NCBI GenBank assembly: GCA_040235515.1
Contig: JBECKX010000191.1
Span: 1-20,479, forward strand
Direction of reading: 5' to 3'
Length of the DNA: 20,479 bases
From: Candidatus Zixiibacteriota bacterium
GTDB lineage: Bacteria > Zixibacteria > MSB-5A5 > CAIYYT01
Below are positions 1-7,223 of the stretch, one piece after another (positions within the stretch are counted from its first letter, which is position 1; each line of letters starts with the position of its first letter). Under the pieces are notes generated by a model. The model was not told the DNA's origin, searched no databases, and worked only from the letters and a program-made list of their open reading frames with translations. A program made the translations under genes and the position numbers.

Positions 1-713
1 CCCCTGCCCTGGTCGATAATGTTGTCGGCGATGAAGGCTTTGGCGCCGCGATAGAGAGCGATCCCATCCCAGCCGCCGTTGATGATGCGGTTGTTGGTGA
101 TGAAGAGTTCCGAGCCCTCGCGACCGAATATGCCCCCGATTCCGACTACGACAGTTGTGTCGCGCTGATCGTTGTCGACGATGGCACAGTTGTTCACCGT
201 GACCTGGGAGAACTTGGCCACGATAGCGGCGTCGGTGGCGTTCCCGTCGGCATCCCGCACACCTCCGGTGATTCGGACATTTTCGATGATCGAGCCAACG
301 CTATTGAGAAACAGCACGCCATAACCGGCGCTCGTGACCAGCGTACAGGAATCGGGATCTTTCCCGGAGATCGTAATCCGCTTGTTCTCGATCAGGAAGC
401 CTCTGGTGGCGTAGACGGTGGTACGGGCTTCGAGACAATTCCCGCATAAATCTTCTACGAACTTTTCCGATGTAGCTTTATAGACACCGGGCAGCAACAT
501 GATCTTATCGCCCGATTTGGCGGCATCGATCGCCTGCTGCAGGCTGGTGTATGGTGTGCGAAAGGTGCCGTCACCTTCGTATGTTGAATTGGATGAGACG
601 AAGATCGTGTTGGTTTCGGGCACGTACTGCTGGGCACAGCCGAGAAAGAGTGCCAGCAGGCCAAGAATTATGAGTGCTGCAGAGTTGACAATCGCGGCAA
701 GTAGAGAACGCAT
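1..713 (-). CDS. Lipoprotein with right-handed parallel beta-helix (pectin-lyase-like, DUF1565-type N-terminus); 3' end runs off the window
   Basis: Hand translation from ATG at 713 (GGAGG 4 nt upstream) is open to the window edge: MRSLLAAIVNSAALIILGLLALFLG-C lipobox, then IFVSSNSTYEGDGTFRTPYTSLQQAIDAAKSGDKIMLLPGVY (typical beta-helix cap) and coil-like repeats (IENVRITGG, VTVNNCAIVDN, ITNNRIINGGWDGIALY, IADNIID). Absent from the ORF track because it has no stop in the window. Confidence 0.85.
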   Translation of the reverse strand, partial: MRSLLAAIVNSAALIILGLLALFLGCAQQYVPETNTIFVSSNSTYEGDGTFRTPYTSLQQAIDAAKSGDKIMLLPGVYKATSEKFVEDLCGNCLEARTTVYATRGFLIENKRITISGKDPDSCTLVTSAGYGVLFLNSVGSIIENVRITGGVRDADGNATDAAIVAKFSQVTVNNCAIVDNDQRDTTVVVGIGGIFGREGSELFITNNRIINGGWDGIALYRGAKAFIADNIIDQGR

Positions 714-801
714 TAGACCTCCGGCAAGAAGCCTGGGACTAGGTGATGATCCGATTCAGTCAGGCTTGTCTGGAAGCAAAAACTAATTAAGTTGTCCCGC
801 C

Positions 802-1362
802 ATGACCAGAAAAAAGAAGCGCGCTGCAATTTCACCTACGAATCTCGACCTGTTTGAGCAGGACTTCCTGCTGCAGAGCCAGCCGGAGGCGCCTTCCACC
901 ACGGAAGGTCTGCCGTCGGTTGAAGAGTTGTATCGTCGCTTCCACGCCTTCAATGTGAAGTATTTCGCCGGCAAGCTGCCCACGCCGAAGATCCGCTACT
1001 CGGAACGATTACTGGCCGCAGGGCTTTATGTCCGCAATCGGCAGGAAATCGTGATTTCGCGGAAGTACCACGAGATTTTCCCGGAAGAACTTGATGACAC
1101 GCTGAAGCATGAGATGATTCATATCATCTATTTCAATCATGATGCCGATTTCAAGCGTGAGGCACGCCGCATTGGCGCATCGGTACGGGCAAAGAGCCAT
1201 CCGAAGCTGCGGTTGCCGTCGCGTTATCTCTATATCTGCAAGTCATGCGGTACTGAATACCCCCGCCGCAAACGCCTGATTTCCGCTTCCTGCGGAAAGT
1301 GCTCGCCGCGGCAATTCGATCCGAAGTACAAGTTGGTTCTGAAGAGAAAGTTGTCGAAGTAA
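802..1362 (+). CDS. SprT-like zinc-dependent metalloprotease with C-terminal zinc ribbon
   Basis: 186 aa; FNVKYFAGKLP, HExxH motif (LKHEMIH), downstream H (NHDADFK), and CxxC pairs (YICKSCG, SCGKC), the SprT/SprT-like layout. Confidence 0.88.
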   Translation: MTRKKKRAAISPTNLDLFEQDFLLQSQPEAPSTTEGLPSVEELYRRFHAFNVKYFAGKLPTPKIRYSERLLAAGLYVRNRQEIVISRKYHEIFPEELDDTLKHEMIHIIYFNHDADFKREARRIGASVRAKSHPKLRLPSRYLYICKSCGTEYPRRKRLISASCGKCSPRQFDPKYKLVLKRKLSK

Positions 1363-1500
1363 GGGCATACCCCCTAGCCGGTGATTTCCGTTTCCAGGAA
1401 TTCGTAGCCCGCGACCTTCCACTTACGTCGCTGTGTGGGTCATGAGGGTCAGCCGCCACACCCGTTGCCACGGCGATCATTGCTGAAGCTGTACTCATCT
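1363..1500 (-). ncRNA. Candidate structured small RNA of unknown family (multi-way junction)
   Basis: Manual folding of the - strand gives an interrupted closing stem plus four internal hairpins (see findings). G-U pairs and purine-rich loops favour the - strand. A -10-like TACATT lies at 1520-1515. Not matched to any family I can recognise. Confidence 0.4.
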
Positions 1501-1558
1501 TTCTCTGTCATAGCAATGTAAAAACTGACCCCAACGCGAGCCTCCGGGCCTTTCCCTA

Positions 1559-1587
1559 TTGACATTCAGCGCGAAACGAAGTTGCTT
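1559..1587 (+). promoter_or_regulatory. Possible sigma70-type promoter for the M16 peptidase gene
   Basis: Perfect TTGACA at 1559-1564, 17-nt spacer, weak -10 (TTGCTT, 1582-1587); strong SD GGAAAGGAG at 1611-1619. Confidence 0.3.
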
Positions 1588-1624
1588 TGATGCAAAACTG
1601 ATGTGGATTTGGAAAGGAGTTCCG

Positions 1625-4234
1625 ATGAGGTTACGCTCTATCGTATCGTTAGTCGTTCTGATAGCCCTTGCCTGGAGTGTCGCGGCGCTGGCAGGATTGC
1701 CATCGACCAAGGTCAGGTATGACAATGGGATGGAGGCGGTTTTCGTGGAAAATCACTCCTCGCCGATGATCACCTCCATCGTGTTCGTGAATGCCGGCGC
1801 GCGCTATGAAAATGAATTCAACAACGGCGCGACGCACTTCCTGGAGCACCTGCTCTTCAATGGCACGACCACGATGTCACAGGAAGAGATGGACGACAAG
1901 ATCGATCGTCATGGAGGCTACATCAACGCATTCACCCGTAAGGACCTGACCGCCTACCTGGTGCTGATGCCGACCGAGTACATCGATTACGGTTTTGAGG
2001 TCCAATCGGGACAGTTGTTCCACTCGATCATTCCTGAGGAGAAGATCGGCAAGGAGCGCGGAATCGTCATTGAAGAGATCCACCAGAGCGACGATCGGAT
2101 CGCCGACCGCGTGGATGATTTCCACCAGTCTGTGGTGTACGCAGGCACGCCGTACGAACGGCCAGTGCTGGGTTACGAGAACCTGATCCAGACGATGACC
2201 CGTGATGAAATCGTGGAATATTACGAGACTTACTATGCCCCCAATAACATGATCGCGCTGGTGATCGGCGATTTCGATACGGAGTCGATGATCAGGAAGT
2301 ATGAAGAGTACTACGGTGGTGTGCCGGCTCATAAGATTCCGGCGGTGCCGTCATACTCGATCGAGTTTCCGAATACACAGAAGGTTGTCAGTCGCAGCAT
2401 GGAGCAGGCGGAGAATGTCTATATCAACATTTCATCGAAAGCCCCGCTTCACTCTGACCGGAGTTACCACGCATTTTACATGTTGAACGAGTTGTTGAAC
2501 AACGATGGCATTTCACCATTGCTGAAGCAACTCAATGCGCGGCCCGATCTGAAGATACAATCGGTCAATAGCAGCCTCTATACGCAGAAGGACTTCTCAG
2601 TCTTCGATCTCGCGATCACCGCCGACTCCACTGCCGATCCGGAGGCAATCCTTGCCGCCGTCAACACAATTATGAGCACCGACGTCGCCGGCTGGATGCC
2701 GGGACAGGCGGATATAGACGCGAGGGTCGTCAGCGAGAAGACCGATGAGATATACCTGCGCGAGAAGCTGCACTACTACGGATTCATGGTGGCGCCGCTG
2801 ATGGTTGCTACGGGGTACGACTTCATCGATAACTTCACCAGTAAACTCGAACAGGTTACGGCGGCGGATGTGGCCGGCGTGGCGCAAACCTATTTCAAGC
2901 CATATAACTACATAGCCACCGTGGTGACGCCGGTCGAGAAGAGCATGGGGAGTGGTCCAACGAAGATATCAAGCGACTACCTGCACGACAAGCTGGAGAA
3001 CGGCCTTGAGGTAATCATCAAGTCGAATCCCTATTCCGAAGTTCAGGCATTCATGGTGCTCGGCAAGGATCGGTGTGCTTCCGAGCCAGTTGGGAAAGCC
3101 GGGATTACCGATTTCGTCAACCGCATGCTGACCAAAGGCACCACGACGCGCAACAAAGAGGAGATGTCGCGGGCACTGACAGCGATCGGCGCCAACCTCT
3201 CGGTGAGTGATAATCCTTACATCCCGTATGATGACCGTTATACCGAACCGATGTATTCATTCGTGAAGTTCGAGACAATCAGTGACTTCACCGATCAGGG
3301 GATCACCCTCCTGGCCGATATGTTGCAGAATTGCACGATGCCGGAGGATGAAGTGGAGCAGGTGCGCAAGGAGTACATGGGGATTCTTGGAATGAAGTCA
3401 GGTTCCACGCGTGATCAGGCCAGCGACTTGTTCTACGATTTGTTGTTCCCGGATCAGCCGTACTCGAATTCGATAACGGGTAGCATGCAGTCGATCGCGA
3501 CGATCACGGCGGATGACTTGCGAGCCTACTACAAGAACTACTATGCGCCAGACAACATCATCCTGAGTGTTTGCACCGACCTGCCGCCATCTGAGATGCT
3601 GGCGAAGCTCCGCAGTGCCTTTGGTTCGATGAAGCCGCAGCAGATCGCCAAGCAACCGAACGCCGGTCCGCGTACGGTTGCGGGCGAAGTCGCGCAGAAC
3701 ATCCCGATGGAGAGCAAGCAGGCGTACATCTACCTCGGCAACGCCGTATGCGGTTCGGAGAGTCCCGACGCCGTTGCGCTTCAGGTCGCAGTGACGATAC
3801 TCTCGGACCGGCTGCGCCAGTCGATTCGTGAAGAGCAGGGGCTGGCGTACAGTATCGGCGCGGGTCTCGACCTGGACTCGAAGTTCGGCTGGTATTACGC
3901 GGCGATGGGAACCGGCACGGAGAACTACGCGCGCGCCAAACAAGGTATCCTGGATGAAATCAACAAACTGAAAAGCGACGGTGTCACCGCCGACGAACTC
4001 GAGAAGGCGGTCAACTCGATCTGGGGGTCGCAGCTCATGGCTAGATTGTCACGCATCAACCAGGCATTCTATATGGCTGTGAATCAGTTCATAGCGGGTG
4101 ATTATAAAGCCGAGGAAGATTTGCTCTCGAAGATGAAGGAACTGACCCCGGCCGATGTCAAGGCGGCGGCGGTGAAGTATTTCGATACCAGCAACTACGT
4201 GCTGGCTACGGTGGCTGCACCGGAGTTGCAGTAA
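1625..4234 (+). CDS. Exported M16 (pitrilysin/insulinase family, PqqL-like) zinc peptidase with two fused M16 halves
   Basis: Start moved to ATG 1625 (SD GGAAAGGAG), 869 aa. Signal peptide MRLRSIVSLVVLIALAWSVAALA; inverted zincin HFLEH, INAFT, ERGIVIEE, YYAPNNM. Second half has DFVNR in place of HxxEH and carries the R/Y pair (IREEQGLAY). Confidence 0.93.
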   Translation: MRLRSIVSLVVLIALAWSVAALAGLPSTKVRYDNGMEAVFVENHSSPMITSIVFVNAGARYENEFNNGATHFLEHLLFNGTTTMSQEEMDDKIDRHGGYINAFTRKDLTAYLVLMPTEYIDYGFEVQSGQLFHSIIPEEKIGKERGIVIEEIHQSDDRIADRVDDFHQSVVYAGTPYERPVLGYENLIQTMTRDEIVEYYETYYAPNNMIALVIGDFDTESMIRKYEEYYGGVPAHKIPAVPSYSIEFPNTQKVVSRSMEQAENVYINISSKAPLHSDRSYHAFYMLNELLNNDGISPLLKQLNARPDLKIQSVNSSLYTQKDFSVFDLAITADSTADPEAILAAVNTIMSTDVAGWMPGQADIDARVVSEKTDEIYLREKLHYYGFMVAPLMVATGYDFIDNFTSKLEQVTAADVAGVAQTYFKPYNYIATVVTPVEKSMGSGPTKISSDYLHDKLENGLEVIIKSNPYSEVQAFMVLGKDRCASEPVGKAGITDFVNRMLTKGTTTRNKEEMSRALTAIGANLSVSDNPYIPYDDRYTEPMYSFVKFETISDFTDQGITLLADMLQNCTMPEDEVEQVRKEYMGILGMKSGSTRDQASDLFYDLLFPDQPYSNSITGSMQSIATITADDLRAYYKNYYAPDNIILSVCTDLPPSEMLAKLRSAFGSMKPQQIAKQPNAGPRTVAGEVAQNIPMESKQAYIYLGNAVCGSESPDAVALQVAVTILSDRLRQSIREEQGLAYSIGAGLDLDSKFGWYYAAMGTGTENYARAKQGILDEINKLKSDGVTADELEKAVNSIWGSQLMARLSRINQAFYMAVNQFIAGDYKAEEDLLSKMKELTPADVKAAAVKYFDTSNYVLATVAAPELQ

Positions 4235-4283
4235 GGAAGCTGTTGCTCCGTTGACAAAATAGTGTAAGAGGAATGGTCTGGGG

Positions 4284-4844
4284 CTACTGATTCGAGCGGT
4301 CGTCCCAGACTACAATCCGCCAGAGGCTGTCCGAGGCTGATTGGCGGAACTTGAATTCGGCGATACCGACCGCCTCGAAGAACTCGAAGCCGAAATCGCC
4401 GTCCAGGTCTTTGACCGAGAGATTGAAGTAGACACGCCACACTTCCCAGGTCTCCCCTTCCGGAAATTCGTAGCGATCAAAGATTGGCACCCAGGTATCG
4501 AGCAGTATTTCGTCGAACACGCGGAATAGTCGCTCGGTTCGAGCCAGATCGCCCGAGGGTCCATCCCGCGAGACTTCCACCTGCTCGATCTGTCCGGTCT
4601 GATCCTGATCGATGTAGCGGAAGACAAAGTCCTCGTCGAGTGTGTTTTCATAGACATCGATATCGTTGTGTTCGTAGGCATACTTGAAGTTGTGCAGCAC
4701 GGAATCGGGAGCCGTCTGTCGGACGATGGGTGTTAGCCGCGAGGGTCCGATCCGTGTGGGGGCGAACGGGTTCTGACAGGCAAGCGACAGCAGCAGTGTG
4801 CACGCCAGTCCCATCGATATCAGGAGCAGTCTAGCGATACGCAT
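4284..4844 (-). CDS. Uncharacterised lipoprotein (possible NTF2/SnoaL-like fold), paralog of 4831-5409
   Basis: Start moved to ATG 4844, 186 aa; hydrophobic leader with lipobox LSLA-C, then NPFAP...VLHNFKYAY...TLDEDFVF...WRIVVWDD. Fold assignment is inference. Confidence 0.8.
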   Translation of the reverse strand: MRIARLLLISMGLACTLLLSLACQNPFAPTRIGPSRLTPIVRQTAPDSVLHNFKYAYEHNDIDVYENTLDEDFVFRYIDQDQTGQIEQVEVSRDGPSGDLARTERLFRVFDEILLDTWVPIFDRYEFPEGETWEVWRVYFNLSVKDLDGDFGFEFFEAVGIAEFKFRQSASDSLWRIVVWDDRSNQ

Positions 4845-5409
4845 TCTTGAAGTCCGCCCATGAGCTGGTCGTGCCGGGATCGTGGAAATCCTCCCAGCGC
4901 CTGATCGCCCAGAATTGGAATGATGCCTCAATCAACTCAAACCGGCTGACACCGGAGATACTCTCCACCAGTTGACCCTGTGAGTCGGAAATGGTAATCG
5001 TGTAGTTGCGCACGAGTGTAGCCGTGGTATCCTCGATCAAGTCAGGCTGGTCTATCACCGGATCGAAGCGCAGCGATAGCGATTTGCTATTCTTATTGGC
5101 ATTGAAGTCGTTGAAGAGATTGTCGCTCAGGCTGACCTCCTGCTCGAATCCCCAGCCACTGTCGGCGGGGATGCTCTGCACGAAATCAAATATGAAGACA
5201 AAGTCGCTGTCAAGGGTTTGGATGAAGTTGGAAATGACAAACTCGGTGTACGCGAATCGCAGGTTCTCCAGCGCGATCTGCGGCGAGGTCGGAGGAATGA
5301 AAGTGCCGGCTTGCTCGGTCGGGGGTTCGCTATCACGCACGGAGAACGGATTCTTGGCGCAACTCATTATGAGCAGGGCCAGGGCAATGGCGGTGACAAA
5401 GCGCATCAT
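4831..5409 (-). CDS. Uncharacterised lipoprotein (possible NTF2/SnoaL-like fold), paralog of 4284-4844
   Basis: 192 aa from ATG 5409 (alternative GTG 5412), SD GAGGAG; lipobox LIMS-C, then KNPF...ALENLRFAY...TLDSDFVF...WAIRRWED. Start overlaps the upstream stop (TGATG). Confidence 0.82.
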   Translation of the reverse strand: MMRFVTAIALALLIMSCAKNPFSVRDSEPPTEQAGTFIPPTSPQIALENLRFAYTEFVISNFIQTLDSDFVFIFDFVQSIPADSGWGFEQEVSLSDNLFNDFNANKNSKSLSLRFDPVIDQPDLIEDTTATLVRNYTITISDSQGQLVESISGVSRFELIEASFQFWAIRRWEDFHDPGTTSSWADFKNAYR

Positions 5410-7223
5410 CACCAGTATCTCCTCATGGTCAGGGTAAAGACATCATACTCAAGGCGACGCTGGCTGGCATAGTCCTGTACCCGCCGCTCGAGCTGGGCAT
5501 CAAGATAGGAGTTATGCGAGAGCGACCACTTCAGGAAAAATCCCACCGAGTTGCGTTCGAGTTTCTCCGAGAGCCGGCGCGCGCCCAATGCCTCTGTCTC
5601 GCTGAAGTAGTGATCGTACGATTTCTGACTTTCGTAGCTGACGAATGGGTTGAAGAGCAAGCTCGGAACCGGGCGATACTCCAGTGAGAGCCTGGGGCGG
5701 TGCGTGCGACGATCCCAGCTAACCTGCTGTTTCCACTGATCCTGCCAGATGAGCCTGCCGAAGTCCTCATAGCGATAGGAGTACTCTACTGAGAAGGTGA
5801 GACGTGAAGAGTAAATCAGATCGATAGCATTGCTGAAGTTTGCGCGGCGATAAAGGGTGTTGCGTTCACTGGTTTCGTTACGCTCATATTCGTAGTAGAT
5901 GTAATTCGCATGCATCTGGTAGTTCTGGCGGAGCCTGATGTGATTCCATGGCTCCCACACCAAGCTGGGATTGATGATGTAGACGTTGTTCACATTGTTA
6001 TTGGCCGAGAGTGAGCCGGAAAGATAGATGGTGTGGAACCCACGATAGCTTCCATCCAGATACCCACTCAGATAATCGTTGAAGCGATGATACAGCGATG
6101 CCGAGGCCACCTTGATCGATCGATCACGATCGGCGAAATAGGCGGAGGTAGTGGGAGCGGTGTATGAAGTGACTCCGATGCGACCTGTGAGTTGAAGCGA
6201 GTCACTGTCCCAGAACCGCATGGTTGCCGTCGCGGTGATCTGCCCGGTTTCGGCGCGCTGGTTTGTCTGGTCCGAACCGTAATCCTCGTTGGTGCGCGTG
6301 AAGAGATAGCCGGATGCCACGGAGATATTCTCTCCCCAGTCCCGTTGAAAATCGAGATGATACTGAAACAGCGAGGTTACATTACTGTTCTGGCGGATGA
6401 AGTCGGTGGTGGCGTCTTCATAGTCATAATCGTAGCTATCGTAATGATAGGCGACATCAAGATTCATCCTCACTTCCGCCGGCAGTTGCTTGACGCCTTC
6501 GAAGTCCCAGCGCCGCTGTTCGGTATTTTGCACAGCTACCGACTCGAAGTTGCCGCTTGAGGGGTAGTACTTCTGTTGAGCGTATCGCTGCTCCGCCCTG
6601 AGGGAGATCGTATCTCCCGCAAGGGCCAGTGGCGGCAGTTCGTAGGAGGCGGTGATTTCTCTGGCGGGAGTCTGCTGCAGGGTATTGATATCCCCCGCCA
6701 CACCGATAGCGCCCCAGCGACCTGAGCGCGCTGGATTGAAGCGCAACTCAGCCTGGTAGCTCAGTCCGGTCTGGTTGTTCTCACGTGGCTCGAAGCGCCG
6801 TTCCTCCCACAACAGCCCGGCGGACTGATCAACGGAAATCAAGCTGGTTTGGTAAATCGATGTCAGCAGAAACCGGTTGCCGATGAAGCGTTTCTGCTCA
6901 AGGCGATCGAAGCGTTGATTGAAGCTGGCGCCAAGTCTCAGTTTGTCGTTCAGTCGCCGCGTGAGGGTTGCCGAAGTATTCGCGAAGCGTTGCCAGCGAT
7001 CGCCCCCCTGCCCAAACACCGACTCCTTGATCAGTGTCGCCTGTGAGCGATTATGAAAGTCGAAGGATATCTGCTTTCCAAAGTCGCGAGAGACGCTGAT
7101 CGAGTCTGCCCAATCATAGGTCTGGCGATCGACGGCGAAATCGAGGCTAAGGTAAATTGCCGTGGCTTCAGAGAAAGCGTAGCAGACGATTCCAACTGCT
7201 ATGGCGAGTATCAGCCGAATCAT
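5409..7223 (-). CDS. Predicted outer-membrane beta-barrel protein of unknown family
   Basis: Start moved to ATG 7223 (ATGA overlap with the rsmA stop), 604 aa. Signal peptide MIRLILAIAVGIVCYAFSEATA; many amphipathic aromatic-rich strands (FSVEYSYRYE, LSLEYRP, VGFFLKW); C-terminal strand FTLTMRRYW ends in an aromatic residue as in BAM substrates. Confidence 0.75.
   Translation of the reverse strand: MIRLILAIAVGIVCYAFSEATAIYLSLDFAVDRQTYDWADSISVSRDFGKQISFDFHNRSQATLIKESVFGQGGDRWQRFANTSATLTRRLNDKLRLGASFNQRFDRLEQKRFIGNRFLLTSIYQTSLISVDQSAGLLWEERRFEPRENNQTGLSYQAELRFNPARSGRWGAIGVAGDINTLQQTPAREITASYELPPLALAGDTISLRAEQRYAQQKYYPSSGNFESVAVQNTEQRRWDFEGVKQLPAEVRMNLDVAYHYDSYDYDYEDATTDFIRQNSNVTSLFQYHLDFQRDWGENISVASGYLFTRTNEDYGSDQTNQRAETGQITATATMRFWDSDSLQLTGRIGVTSYTAPTTSAYFADRDRSIKVASASLYHRFNDYLSGYLDGSYRGFHTIYLSGSLSANNNVNNVYIINPSLVWEPWNHIRLRQNYQMHANYIYYEYERNETSERNTLYRRANFSNAIDLIYSSRLTFSVEYSYRYEDFGRLIWQDQWKQQVSWDRRTHRPRLSLEYRPVPSLLFNPFVSYESQKSYDHYFSETEALGARRLSEKLERNSVGFFLKWSLSHNSYLDAQLERRVQDYASQRRLEYDVFTLTMRRYW

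Noticed and set aside
1386..1431. Possible tRNA gene suggested by D-loop-like and T-loop-like segments
   Set aside because: No anticodon arm, no 7-bp acceptor stem in tRNA order, and no TTC in the T-loop.
1380..1505. SAM-I-like fragments on the - strand (CUGACCC..AUGA, CAGCGAC, AAUUCC, AAAGAUGAG)
   Set aside because: No AUCAAGAG/GAU P1 core in the correct order, no GCAAC bulge in the P3 position, and no downstream co-oriented gene to regulate.
1520..1556. c-di-GMP-I-like fragment ACGCGAGCCTCCGGGCC on the + strand
   Set aside because: The preceding GGCAAA...GAAA tetraloop hairpin is missing, so the similarity is only partial.
1151..1725. ORF-track ORFs 1151-1498 and 1495-1725 on the - strand
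   Set aside because: They overlap the sprT-like and M16 genes in antisense and show no recognisable motifs or SD.
4251..4280. Perfect TTGACA between convergent genes (possible antisense promoter)
   Set aside because: No acceptable -10 at 16-18 nt spacing and no downstream + strand gene; likely chance.
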